In this document: positions 11,483-23,465 of the stretch, in pieces | Position numbering within the stretch: position 1 is the first letter of the stretch | Layout: every line of letters starts with the position of its first letter | Source: Malacoraja senta | Taxonomy: Eukaryota | Reading direction: 5' to 3' | Assembly: GCA_038087875.1 (NCBI GenBank) | Contig: CM075990.1 | Location: 7,814,001 to 7,878,000 of the forward strand | DNA: 64,000 nt | Notes under the pieces: generated by a model | The model's database searches: none | Seen by the model: the letters and a program-made list of their open reading frames with translations, nothing else | What the model was told of the DNA's origin: nothing | Program-made: the position numbers and the translations under genes

Positions 11483-11896
11483 ACTACAACTCCCAGGGAG
11501 CGCCGCGGCCCCACGTGACGCTACCAATGCCGCACTACATCTCCCAGAGGCCGTTGCGGCAGCGGTTGGGGGGGGGGCGGGGCCGAGAGGCGGGGCCGGG
11601 CTATGACCACGTGGCCCAGGCATGGCCGTCGATTGCTCGGGATGTCTGACGGCCTCTTCCGGCGTGGAGCGGACGGGGGGACCGGAAACAGTCGCTCTCG
11701 TCGCTTTGCCTACATCTCCCAGCAGCCTCTGCTCGCCCAGACTCGGCGTTTGTGCCGCGTTGTGAACGTTTATTCACCGTGTCTCCATCACCGGGCGGAG
11801 ACGTTTATTCACCGTGTCTCCATCACCGGGCGGAGAGCGCCGTCTTCCCGCTTCTTTCATGCCGGATGTGGGAGCGGCGTGGACTACAAGTCCCGG
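11483..11896 (+). promoter_or_regulatory. Cluster of four ZNF143/SBS (ACTACA-nn-TCCCAG type) motifs
   Basis: ACTACAACTCCCAG 11483-11496; ACTACATCTCCCAG 11534-11547; CCTACATCTCCCAG 11709-11722; ACTACAAGTCCCGG 11883-11896; all in the same orientation. Confidence 0.75.
11766..11835. repeat. Perfect 35-bp tandem duplication in the promoter
   Basis: acgtttattcaccgtgtctccatcaccgggcggag x2. Confidence 0.95.
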
Positions 11897-12009
11897 CATG
11901 CCGCGGGGCGTTGGGCCAATCGGGGCTGGCGTCAGTGCGGGGTGGAGCGAGTGAGCGCGGCGGGGATTGGCTGTGGGGCGGGAGCGGGCGGGCGGGAGCG
12001 GGCGGGCGG

Positions 12010-12162
12010 GCGCTCAGGTGACCGGGCTGTGAGTGAGTGAGTGTGAGGGAGGAAAGGAGGGAGGGAGGCGATGGCTGGCACCGTGAGGTGTTGTTCCTGT
12101 TAGGCCCCGAGCGGAGCAGCGAGGCCTCGGGCCGGCCTTTCACACCGAGCCGGGGGACGGCG
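12010..12162 (+). other. wapl: Probable non-coding exon 1 of WAPL (5' boundary approximate)
   Basis: Lies inside the CpG island just downstream of CCAAT/GC boxes and ends at a consensus donor CG|GTGAGT (GT at 12163-12164). Exon 2 starts with an acceptor 22 nt before the ATG, so an upstream exon is required. Confidence 0.6.
12071..12103 (+). other. Upstream ORF 1 in predicted WAPL leader (MAGTVRCCSC*)
   Basis: gcgATGG strong Kozak context; 10 codons then TAG, entirely within predicted exon 1. Depends on the TSS lying upstream of 12071. Confidence 0.5.
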
Positions 12163-13129
12163 GTGAGTGCGGGCGGGCGGGCGGTGAGGGAGGGAAGGGA
12201 GGGGAGGGGAGGGAGGGCCCGACACCGGCACCGGCACCGGCACCGTCTCAGAGCGGCAGCAGCGGGAGGTTGGGAGGGAGGGGGAGGGGGAGGCCCGGCA
12301 CTCGGGCTCGGTGATCTCGGCCTTCCCTCTCCCGGAGCTGCTGCTGCTGCTGCTGCGGACGGACGGACGGAGGGAGGAGGCTGGACCCGGCCCCGGCCCG
12401 GGGGGTGGGAGTTTGTTGACTCCCCCTGGTCGTGGCGGGGCCGTCCCGGAGCGAGCGGCAGGAGGAGGAGGAGGAGGAGGAGGAGGAGGATGATGGGGCC
12501 CGCGGCTGGTGCTCGGTCTGTACCGCCCGTCCACCCCCCCCCCTGACCCACCGGGAGCCCCACACCCAGCGCCAGGCACCCGCTTAGCTCATCAACTCAA
12601 GCCCGGGGTCTGGGCCGAGGATCCCCACCCGGCACTTGGAGCCGTTTGTCCGGGTCGGGGCTCGGCAGGTGGGATCCATGGGCGGCGGCGAACAACAGCT
12701 GGTAAAGTTGCCAAAGGTCGAGCTTCCTGCGTTTGTCACCCCCACTTGTGGTCAAAAACTGGATGGATTTTGGGTTCGGTATTCCGCCGGATCCTTGGGT
12801 GGAGAAGTACTTGCTTTCAGCAACAACCAGCCGATAATATTTATAGCTCAAGAGATTGGGTTGCAAAATATCACACCAGCAAAGTTCTCCGTGCTCAAGA
12901 AGCAAGAGTGTCCGACCGAAATATATCCCAGATGGAACAATGAAATTGTTACTTGCACTGTTGTTGAATCACCATTTCACATCTAATAGACAAATAAGTT
13001 CAGGGGCATTTATTCCTCCCCCCTCTGAACATTTCCAGTTTTGCGTTGTTCTGTCACCTGTGTGGAAGGTTGATTTGGAGGTGGGATACAGAGGGATCTT
13101 AGGGTAGATCCATAACTCCCTGACAGTGG

Positions 13130-13715
13130 AACCTATCAAGTAGATGAAGTGGTAAAGCCATATGTTATACAAGCCTTCATTGGTGGGGACATTGAGTATA
13201 AGAGTTAAGACGTCATTATGCAGCTTTATACAACTTTGGTTAGGCTGCATTTGAAGTATTGTGTGCCGTTCTGGTCACCATATTACAGACAGGATGTGGA
13301 AGCTTTGAAATGGGTGCAGAAGAGGTTTGCTAGAATGATACCAAGATTACGGGATATTAGCTACAGGGGGAGGATGGGCAGACATGGATTGTTTTCTCTA
13401 ATGGTGGAGGTTGCAAGGAGAGTGTGGGCAGGTAGACAGTCAGAACCTTTTCCCCCAGGGTGGACATATCAAATACTAAGAGGATAGCTTAATGTGAGAG
13501 GAGGAAAGTTTTAAGGAGATGTGTGGGACAGGTTTCTTAGAGTAGTGAGTGCCTGGAATGTGTTGGCAGGGGTGGTGGTGGAGGTAGATATAATTGTGGC
13601 ATTTAATAGATTTTTGAATATCAATTATGTGCAGGCAGATTAAATTTGGTCGACATCGCGTTCGACACAGGCATTGTGGGCTGAAGGGCCTGTTTCTGTG
13701 CTGTACTGTGCTATG
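13130..13715 (+). mobile_element. CR1 LINE 3' fragment in WAPL intron 1
   Basis: MQLYTTLVRLHLKYCVPFWSPYYRQDVEALKWVQKRFARMIP; 3' end gggctgaagggcctgtttctgtgctgta. Confidence 0.85.
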
Positions 13716-13984
13716 AAACTGTTATACAGCTAAGTGATCTTCCGATGGATACTTACAATTAGTGCTACTCTGCATTAAATTCCCTTGTCCCCGTAATATG
13801 ATTCATGTGTCAAGAGTGCCACAGTTACAGTCACAGGGACACTCCAGTCCCATAAAAAAAAAAATACCGGAGATTTGCAATCATTGTAACAGCGGCATGT
13901 TAAATGTCACTCTTGTACAACATGGCATAACAAGCAAAGGTGCCTGAAGAACCAGGGCAAGTCATTCGCAGTGAATGGCAAGGC

Positions 13985-14475
13985 CCTGAAGAGTGTTGTA
14001 GAGAACAAGGTTTTGGTACATTGGTCTACATCAGTCAGGGTATTGAGAATAGAAGTTAGGATGTCGCGTTGCAATCAAACAAACTGTTGTTGAGGCTGTA
14101 TTTGGAGTATTGCGATTGGTTTGGGTCACCCTGATAGAGGAAGCCTGTTGGTTTGCTGGGAAATGTGCAGAGAGGATTTACGAGGCTATTGACAGAACGT
14201 AAGGGGCTGAGCTGCAGGGAGAGGATGGGCAGGCAGGGACTTTATTCCTTGGAACACAGGAGGCTGAGATATTCTTACAGAGGCATCCAGGATCATGAGG
14301 GCAATAGATTGGATGAATGCAGTCTTTTCCCAGAGTAGGGGTATCAATTTGGACAGGTTCGTGGATAGGAAAGGTTTAGAGGCATATGGACCAAATGCAG
14401 GCAGGTGGGACGTATAGATGGGGCATGTTGGCGTGGGCAAGTTAGGCCGAAGGGCCTGTTTCCATTTTGTGTGAC
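13985..14475 (+). mobile_element. CR1 LINE 3' fragment in WAPL intron 1
   Basis: VQRGFTRLL..KGLSCRERMGRQGLYSLEHRRLR; 3' end ggccgaagggcctgtttcc. Confidence 0.8.
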
Positions 14476-14719
14476 ACTAGTTAAATCACAGCTCTCTGTA
14501 CCTGCATATCGGGAGGTGAGATATTTCACTCATAGAACTGGTTATGATTTAGTGCAGGAACTATGGATTAACATTTTGTGTAGAAATGGGTGAATATTGC
14601 ATGGACACACCTTCATTTAAAATCAGAGTGAAAAAGTGACAAAAAAATGTACAAACCTGGCCATTGAGGCCAGAGATGAAGCGATGTGTTACTGATTTTG
14701 TGTTCTTTTTACAGGGAAT

Positions 14720-14740
14720 ATGAAAGAAGTGCCAACATGA
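14720..14740 (+). other. Upstream ORF 2 (MKEVPT*) whose TGA overlaps the WAPL ATG (ATGA)
   Basis: ATG AAA GAA GTG CCA ACA TGA; out of frame with the main ORF; A at -3; inside exon 2. Confidence 0.6.
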
Positions 14741-15241
14741 CATCAAGATATGGGAAAACCTACAGCAAGAAGGGAAGTACTGGCAACTCGAAATTTGATG
14801 AGGTGTTCTCTGGTAAGCGTGCGAAGATAAGCACGAAATGGGGGGAGACCACCTTTAAGGCTCAGCTGACCCAGAAGAGACCGAATGTCAAGCCAGAGCC
14901 AGTGGAGCAGCCCAAGCGGCAGAAGGTTGAAGACCAGCTGACCGAGGACCCGTTTGGGTTTGACAGCGACGATGATTCTCTCCCTGTGTCGTCGCGGAAT
15001 CCAACCCTGGCCAAGGCGCCGCAGTCCGCAGAGCCCCCGAGACCGTCCGATGGCGATGGTGTGACCTCCCTGCTGGAGGTGAACAGTAGGATGAGTCGGC
15101 CTGTTGGCGGCGAGGCCCTTGTGTGCAGCAGTTTTGCCGTCTTGGCTGATACAGTCCAGGAGAACAGTTTGGGTCGAAGTGTTGCCTTGTGTTCAGAGAC
15201 CAAAGAAGCCCAAGTCTCTGCCAACAGGTTGAACTCGTTGG
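14737..15241 (+). CDS. wapl: WAPL (wings apart-like, cohesin release factor), first coding exon; exon spans 14715-15241, CDS partial
   Basis: Translation MTSRYGKTYSKKGSTGNSKFDEVFSGKRAKISTKWGETTFKAQLTQKRPN...EDPFGFDSDDDSLPVSS matches the vertebrate WAPL N-terminus as I recall it (MTSRFGKTYSRKGG...KFDEVFS...STKWGETTF...DPFGFDSDDESLPVSS), including an FGF motif. Acceptor ttctttttacag ends at 14714; ATG context gccaacATG; consensus donor G|GTGAGT at 15241/15242 (phase 1, 505 coding nt). Confidence 0.93.
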
Positions 15242-16849
15242 GTGAGTCCTCATTTCTACGTCATAATGACCAGTTCTCTGGGAACGGGCTGTGCCAATGA
15301 TGGTAAAGGTCACCAGTGGGGTGCTGACTCCATTCTGCAGTTTGGCGGGTGGAGAAATGTGACCAGTTGGGCCGGGCATTTGGTGAGGTCACTCGGAGGT
15401 TTGGGGAGAGGAGGGATGGAGGTGTAGGTGTCGTGGTGCCTTGGACTTGGGGCAATGATTACAGGGCCACGCAATGCTGAGGGTCGGTGTGGAGTGAGCT
15501 TTGACCTGGGGCTTGTACACAAAACAACAGCAAGTCTCTCTGTGTAACAGAAGAAACATGTCTCCTGCAAAGGGAGGCATAACATGCACCAACATTAAAG
15601 GTGTGAGTGACAACAACAATAATTGGGATCTGCCATTTATCCTAAAATCCGACTACATTTTTAAAAGCACTGGAATCCTCAATATATGCTATTCAGAGGT
15701 AAACCTAAAACTTAAAACTCCAGTCCTTGTATCAGTACCTAAACACTAAGTATTATCTCTTCAGAATCTTAACTGTTTATTTCAAAGGGCAATGATTTCC
15801 CACACTGCGTTAGATACTTAGAGGCCATCTCTTTGGCATTAACTGCGTTGAGATGCTTAGTGCTATATCACCCAGTGTTACAGGGTGATAGAACTGTGCC
15901 CATCAGTACAGCAATGTAGTGCTAAACATCGACCACTGTCCTTCAGCAGAATACTCCAGGGTCTGGAGTTGGATACAGACCATGACTTGGCATTGGCCCT
16001 CTCGGTCAGACGACCCACTGGGTGGCTGGTGCCGGGCAGCTGGGAGAGTTTGGATCATTGGCCACAGTCTTCCTGGTGCAGGGCTGGGCGGATGATCAGA
16101 AGGCTGGAGATAAAATCTCACAGAGAGAGCTGCACAATTTGCACATGGTCAGTTGTTACAAGATTTTTATTCCAGTAATTAGTACCATGAAACTACAAGA
16201 TTGTCATAAAGCCTCCTCTGGTTCTCTAGTCTCCTTCAGGTGTGAAAATATGTTGCCCTTGCCTATGTGTGCAACCTGTCCAACAGCAATACTTGGTCAA
16301 GATTGAAGTCTGCAGCCTCTGCGCATTGTGTGGTTGTAACTATCGTGCAAAATGGTGGAGTTTGAGCCGTTAAAATTCGCATAACACCCATGAAATATTG
16401 AACTATCATCTAGAGCAGAATTGCATTCCTGTCTAATCTTATCAGAAAGTCAGCATGTCCACATTGTGTCCATGCCATCAAACTAGTTGTTCACCCCTGC
16501 TTCTGTGAGTTGTAGAAAGACAGGTCATGAGTGGAACCAAGTGAAGCTCCAATCATTAACCCTCATGCCCTTTCTTTGGACAGAACTCCTTGCCTGCCCT
16601 CCCTCTGTTTCTAGAACTCCCAATGCAATCAGAACTTTCTCGCTGGCATCACCAGGCCAAACTGATCGCTCTGAAGAAGGGTCTCAACCTGAAACGTCAC
16701 CTATTCATTTTCTACAGAGATGCTGCCTGACCCGCGGAGTTTACTCCAGCATTTTGAGTCTATCTTGGCTCTCACACGTCTCCTGATTACTCCTATCATT
16801 GATCATCAGGTCCTTGTCTCCCATGCAATCATTGATCTTATTCCTTTGA

Positions 16850-17530
16850 GCAATCTTCCCTTCCCAGCCTTTAGCGAGTGGTTCCTCCAACTTGTGTAGC
16901 CAGCTTCTACCTCCTTTGCATGCAGGACTATCTGGGAATGGATTGTATGTAATGTCCCTTTCTTGTTGTTTCCAACTCGGGGAGGATTTCAACTCCATCA
17001 TGTCATGGCTCCATTTCATTTTTCTTGTTTCTCTGTTGTATCTGCTGATGAGACTTTTCACACCAGTGCCTTTAAGATGTTCTTTCAACTAACCCTGGCT
17101 CTTTCTCTGTCCTAATTGATAGGGAAGTCAACCATGTCTCCTCTGTTTCCGACACATCTATGCTCACCCTTCCTGTTAAAACGCAGGTAGGCTTCCTATT
17201 GCATTTCAGCCCACCTGTCTCAGTGTTCAATGAATCATCTTATACAATTTCTGCCACTTTCAACACGATTCACCACCTGAAACATCTTCCCCTCCCTATT
17301 CTCATTCTGACACCTTGGTCCATTCTTTAATCTCCACCAACCTCAGCCATTTTTGCAGCACTCTCCCATGCACTTTTGGCCTCTTCCCAACATCCAGGGA
17401 CCCGAGCAATCCTTCGGATGAAGCAATGAATCGCTTGTATTGTTCCCATTTAATTATTTGCATTCTGTGCTCGTGTTATTTTGGAGAAACCAAATGCAAT
17501 TTGGGTGATTGGTTTGTAGAATGCTTCAGA
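16850..17530 (+). mobile_element. Old degraded Penelope-like fragment
   Basis: HLIICILCSCYFGETKCNLGDWFVECF (ORF 17315-17536) is a decayed version of the GIY-YIG segment at 56.4 kb; left boundary approximate. Confidence 0.6.
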
Positions 17531-20500
17531 CTGTAAGAGTGACTCACACCTCTTCAACGAAGGTATGTTGATGACCTTAGGGTTAATTTTGAAATGAATC
17601 ATTTTAGGTGTCCATTCCATTGTTCTAGGAGACGAGACTGCAGATGCTGGAATCACAGGCAAAAATTAACCTGAAGGAACTTTGCAGACCAGGGAGTATC
17701 TGTGGAGGGAAATGGACAGGTTTTTACAAATTCCCTCTGGTCTCTCCACCCATTCCTCTCTGTGCTGTACTTGTTTTCTCATAATAGAAAGTCCTTTGCC
17801 TGAAATGGTCCCTCTCCCAACTGCTACTGCTTCACCCGTGCTTCCAGCATTCTGCTTTGGTTGGGATTAGCGTTGTTTTTTAATTTGCTGTTGAAGCCGC
17901 AACCACGCTGAGCAGTACTGATAGAAAGCGAAGTGATCCATGACCAAAAAGTTCTCTGCAGTCCCATCACATCCAGTCGTGAATGGTGGTGAGGATTTAA
18001 GCCTAACTGGAGCAGTAGGCTCTGAATATATCCACCTTACCAGAGTAAATGGCAAAAGCAAGGTTAAGCATTTACACTCATCACTGGGTTTCTTCAGACT
18101 CCATACTTGACAGAAGCCAGTCCCAGAGTACATCAATTCACTGCAAGTGAAGCTGGGCATTTCATGCAGCAAAGAGATTCTGCCAGCATCCAGCTATGGT
18201 GCTGACGGGTTTTGTTTGCTTGGATTTAGCCAAGTTGTTCAATATGAGCATCGAGGCAGCTGTGGAAAACTGCTGAGGTATGTACAGTCTACAAATAAGA
18301 CACATACCACGTTGTCATTTGTCAACAGGGTGACAGCAAATATTGTCAACAGTGCCATCAAGCTGTCATTGGGAATTTGTGCTTACGGCTCGGTTTAGTT
18401 CCTGACAGGACCTCCTCAGGACAATTCATCTTAAACACTCATTCCCTGCACCATTCCCTGCTCCCTGGTATAACATGTACGATCTGCAAACAGCAACTCT
18501 ACAATGTCACCCACAGCACTTTTCTGAGCTGTGATGAACCACATAGGAAGTTGTGCATAACAAGCACAGGAACACCGCCTGTGATTTTTTTTAAATCCCA
18601 TTTGGTGCAGTATACCAACTTCGCCATTTTGTCTGATTACATTTGAAACATCTGAAGAGGCTGAGGAAAATTGCATAATGCTTTTAAGGGGCAACCAGAA
18701 AAGTGAGGGTAAAATGAATAAAAGAAAGTTGAACATGCCCTATGGAGCATAAACAGTGGCTTACAACATTAAATTGACTTGCTCGTTTTTGTGAGTTTCA
18801 GCTTCCTCTTTCTGGCTAAGATTTTTTTATGAATTACTCTAATTTAATTATTTTTCTTAGATTTGATCTCTTCCACAAGTAGAAACCTTTTCACTTTCCT
18901 CTTTTCAAACCTTTTATTTTAAATAACTACCTGGTATAATTTTATACACCTTAATTATATCCTCTTTACTTCTATTCTGAACAATGCTCAACTTTCAGTT
19001 TTTCCAGCCCTGGCAACATTTTGTAGATCATTTCCTGAAATATAGCTGTTTTGATAGTCCATTTTGCTTCATATAAACATGAATGTTATTAGAATGAGAG
19101 TGGAATTCCAACTGCTGGATGCAGATGTGGGTAGCTGCTTCACCCCCATGTGGGATGAGTGCTATTGGACAGAACTGAGCCTACAGTTGTTGTAGCCATT
19201 GGTTCCAGACTGACTTGATGCTTTACTGATTTTTGAAGATGCCAATTGCTGACCCAATTAAATGCTGCTTGGACAGAGTCCACGTTAAGTGTAATGTTAG
19301 CTGATGGTGCTCTGTGACATCTATAGTTCAAGTTTTGTTAGGAATTATATTACCTGCAAAGTTGACTCGGTACAATGAGCCGTCTAACAAAATGTGGTTG
19401 AGCTACCAGAATACAACTCTTGGAATTTCATGGGTGACATGTCAAAATTCTGATGATGGATATTCTTGAATCTTTATCACACAGTTTTGAGTATGCTTTT
19501 GCTCCCTCCCCTATGGTACTAATGTCCACATGCTCATCAGAATAGATCTTAAAGCTCACACGTCCTGCCGTGAGCTTGTGCAATCACTGGAGGAATTCGG
19601 TTTCAGTTTCTCCCTGCTTAAGACAAGTAAAGAGGACGATACAGGAAGTGAATCAAACTTGTTCCGCCCCATCAAATGGACCAAACCTTGCATACCCCTT
19701 GTTTGTTTACCCTTACACTTGTTTATCCAATCTAATCCTCAAGACATTGCATACTGTTCTTAAGCACATTCCACTACTGCACAGCCCTTGTCGTTCATGT
19801 AGTATTATTCCTCCATTTAATCTGTGGTACTGAGTTCTTGATTCTGTTGTTTCTCTCTGTGTGCTTTCCTCTTTATAACACCATTCTGTACTGATGGAAT
19901 GCATTTACATACAACTACTTTTGTCGACTTTAATGTCCCAGAAGAGTAGGAAACAACTGACCACTAAACAGTTATTTGCATTATTTTTTTGCAAATATAC
20001 TTGTTCTAAAGTACAAGCATGTCGTGATCCCTCTTTCAAAGATTAACATTATCCTCTGGTAGTCTTGTACCTAACAAGCTGTTGCCCAAGAGTATCTACT
20101 ATTTATTGCCATCCAGGATAATATTCAAGTGCAATGTGGAGGGTGCGCTTCAATTAATTGCTGCCATCTTTTGATTGAGTTGTCAGATGGGTTAGGGTCA
20201 CCAGAGGATCGCACAGTTGTCCAACTGCCGTGCTTCAATCCTAATCTCTGCTGACCGTGCGGAGTTTGCACATTCCTCTTGTGATCTCATAGGTTTCTTC
20301 CACACCCAAAATGTGTGGGTTGGTAAGTTAATTGGCCATCTTAAATTGCCCCTTGTGTGTAGGTAGAATCTAGGGAGAGTAGATGGGAATTTGATAAGAA
20401 TTTTTAAATGAAATAGTGTAGGATCAATTTAATGTAAATAGATAGTTGATGGTCGACAAAGACTCGAGATGAAACGGCTGTTTCATTGCTGCACGGCCTT

Positions 20501-22162
20501 AACTTCATGTACACAACATAACAGTGACCAAGTAGAAACGCACTGTCCTCGTTAACTGTTGTTTGAGGATTAAAAAGTGACACATTTTGAAAAATACTTT
20601 ATTGACCATGAAGTACTTTGGAATATCCTCAGATTATGAAACCCACCAAAGATGATTTGTAGTACAATTTATGACCAAAGCAAGTTACTCAGAGCTTGTT
20701 GAGATCTCCAGCCACTGGTCCATATTTTAAACTGGAAGGTGAGGTCCATCTGTAAATAAATCAAAATACTGAAGCTTTTCTCATCTGAGAGTGAATGCTA
20801 TCTGCTCTATCCCACAGCAGCACAAAGCCTCGGTAATTTGACCAAACTGGGAAACCTGAAGCTTTGGATTCAGGGGTGACGATTATAGAGTGTGACTGGT
20901 GATGCACTGTAATTTTACTCATCTGAGAAAAGTTGAGGGCATTGTTAATGATGGGGAAGTAGTTTGTCTTCACTCTTGTTTGCACCACCCTTGGTGCTCT
21001 TGGGTAGCCGAGCGGGTCTCATACTGCTACCTACTTAATTTCCCACGGTGTTAATACAGTGTGATGGAGATTGGGCACTACACATATCATGGGCTGCCCT
21101 CCGCAAATTGCCAATAATCTATTCCTCTAGAATAGATCAATCACCATCAATCTACTTGGGTATGATTAATCCTTTCTATCATAGAGAACATGCATGAGCT
21201 TTTCTATCAATGGAATACTTTCAAAGTTCCAGTCTTTGGACATGGGGTTAAATAATTGGTATCTCAATGCACAATACAAGGTCCCTGCTCAGTCAAACAT
21301 TAACATTAGCATTTGCTGTTTACTTAGCTTGTCGAAGCAGTTCTGTACTGTAACCTGGTTAAGTTTATGATGCCTGGTTTTGAGTGATGTGCTAATCCAG
21401 TAACATGCTGAGTAATCTATTACAAATAAGTTTGAAATAGCATTGTGCCTTTAAGTGGGACCATGGCATTGAGTCTTTATGCATGCTTTTGAATAATTTT
21501 CTTTCGACATGCTAGTAAGCTCTAACTTGATTTTGGCAGAGCTTTTATGAGAAAAGTATCTTATCATATGCATTAGCAGTTAAGGAAATGTGTATGTTGA
21601 GCATAGTATTTAAAAGTTAATGAGACTACTTCTTGATTGAAGATGGTATTTGGTCAGTGATGGATTGCTATTGGTAGTGAGCCCTTAAATACAGTATCTC
21701 GGTGTTGAAATATTTTTTAAGTACATTAGCAAAGTAAGTTGAGATAGATGCTGGTGGACCTATTAGTTTTCAGATAAATGTCAGTTTTTTCAGTTTGATT
21801 TGAAAAGGGACTTTAAAAGGATGAGGATTTGTATTCCATTGCTAACTGCCCATGAGAAGGTGATGAGCTATTGCTGTTCTTTTGAAGGTAGGCACAAAAT
21901 GCTCGAGTAACTCAGCAGGACTTGCAGCATCTCTGGAGAAGGAATGGGTGACATTTTGGGTCAAGTCTCTTCTTCATACACAGTTGTTCTTTTAAAGCTG
22001 TCCACATTGTTGTTGAGTGGCTAGTTCCAAGATTTGAACTAAGTGATGGAAAAGCAGTAATATGTTTTCAAGTTGGGTGTTATGGTTGTGCCATGGAGGA
22101 GAACCTGACATCCTTGTTAAAAGTCTTAAGTTTAGGAGTTGCATTATGAGTAGCCCTGGCAG

Positions 22163-22675
22163 GTAGCTTTTGTTGCATGCTAGCCAGTCAACAGAATGAC
22201 TACACAAGATTACAATTGAGCCATCCACATTGTACAGATACGTGATGGAGGGAATAACATTTAGTGCAAGGTAAAGTCCAATTAAAGATAATCCGAAGGT
22301 CTCCAATGAGGTAGATAGTAGCTCGGGCCGCTCTCTAGTTGTTGATAATGCTTAGGTGCCTGATAACAGCTGGGGGAAAAACTGTCCCTGAATCCGGAGG
22401 TGTGTGTTTTCACACTTGGTGTACCACTTACTTGATGGGAGAGGAGAGAAGAGACTCGTCCTTGATTATGCTGGTGGCCTTGCTGAGGCAGCGTGAGGTG
22501 TCAATGGAGGGAGGTTGGTTTGTGTGACGATCCATAAACTCTCTTGTGTGGAGCTGTTCCCAAACCATGCAGTGGTGCATTCTGATGAAATGATTTCTAC
22601 AATACATCTGTAGAAGTTGGTGAGAGTTGTTGGGGACATGCCAAATTTCCTAAGCCTTCTAAGTAGAGGCATGTA
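22163..22675 (-). mobile_element. Rex1/Babar-type LINE 3' fragment
   Basis: LRRLRKFGMSPTTLTNFYRCIVEIISSECTTAWFGNSS (ORF 22466-22699). Confidence 0.8.
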
Positions 22676-22835
22676 TATTGTTTGCGGCATTGACGTCACT
22701 TCGTTCTGAAATTAATTTCAGTGTCTGTATTTGAACCAAGCCGTTCATGGGTTTCATGCTGAATGTTACTGACTAAACCCAAATAATACTTTGACAGAGA
22801 GGGGCTTAGGATCCATCTGTGAGCTGACGACAAGC

Positions 22836-23465
22836 GAGTTTGGTATTCCGACTGTGCATGCCCAGGTCATAGGTCACTGGAGATAAACATACTCATACAC
22901 ACAAAATGCTGCTGTAACTCAGCGGGTCAGGCAACATCTCTGGAGAAGGGTCTCGACCCGAAATGTCACCTATTCCTTTTCTCCAAAGATGCTGCCTGTC
23001 CCGCTGAGTTACTGTAGCATTTTGTGTGTATCCCCCGTTGATGACTGGTGCTCGGCTTTCGCCGGCCACTGAGGGGGTTAACCGATAGCCACTGGATAAG
23101 GCGAGAGGTACAGCTGAAGGTCCACGGCCCGTCGGGGAACGGGTTCCACGGAAGTTTGAGCTGGAGTTAGCACTTCTTCTCCGTGCTGGCTGTAAGCCTG
23201 GGGGCCGCAACTGCTCCGGACCGGTGTCCCGTTAGTCCAGGGTCACCCCGGACATCTCCAGCCTCCCCCGGACAGGGATGGGGCACTCGGGAGGGGACGG
23301 GGACGGTCCAGTTGTAATTCAACAGCGCTTGCAGCGCCGGAGAACCGGGTTCGATCCTGACTACGGATGAAACGCAGATCTGTATACATGCAGCAGCTGA
23401 ACAGCCGAGAATGTTTATCTCCAGTGACCTATGACCTGGGCATACGCAGCCGGAATACCGAACTC
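22836..23465. mobile_element. Non-autonomous TIR element, superfamily unassigned, with mosaic interior
   Basis: 55-bp TIRs 22836-22890 and 23411-23465 (51/55 identical); interior holds a Penelope-derived palindrome (22895-23030), GC-rich sequence and a SINE-head-like piece (23325-23365). No TSD identified. Confidence 0.75.

Larger units (their letters stand above)
11450..12700. promoter_or_regulatory. CpG-island promoter of WAPL
   Basis: Very GC- and CpG-rich versus flanks; several GGGCGG boxes, CCAAT at 11916-11920, ATTGG at 11966-11970, CACGTGAC at 11512-11519, ETS-like CCGGAA/CTTCCGG sites; no obvious TATA box. Confidence 0.85.

Noticed and set aside
11378..12986. Overlapping 100-250 aa ORFs in the CpG island
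   Set aside because: Low-complexity G/R/P/A products expected from stop-poor GC-rich DNA; no recognisable domain.
14686..15300. The 204-aa ORF as a complete single-exon gene
   Set aside because: Its start lies in the intron upstream of the acceptor at 14714 and its last ~19 codons read through the donor at 15242; it is one exon of WAPL.
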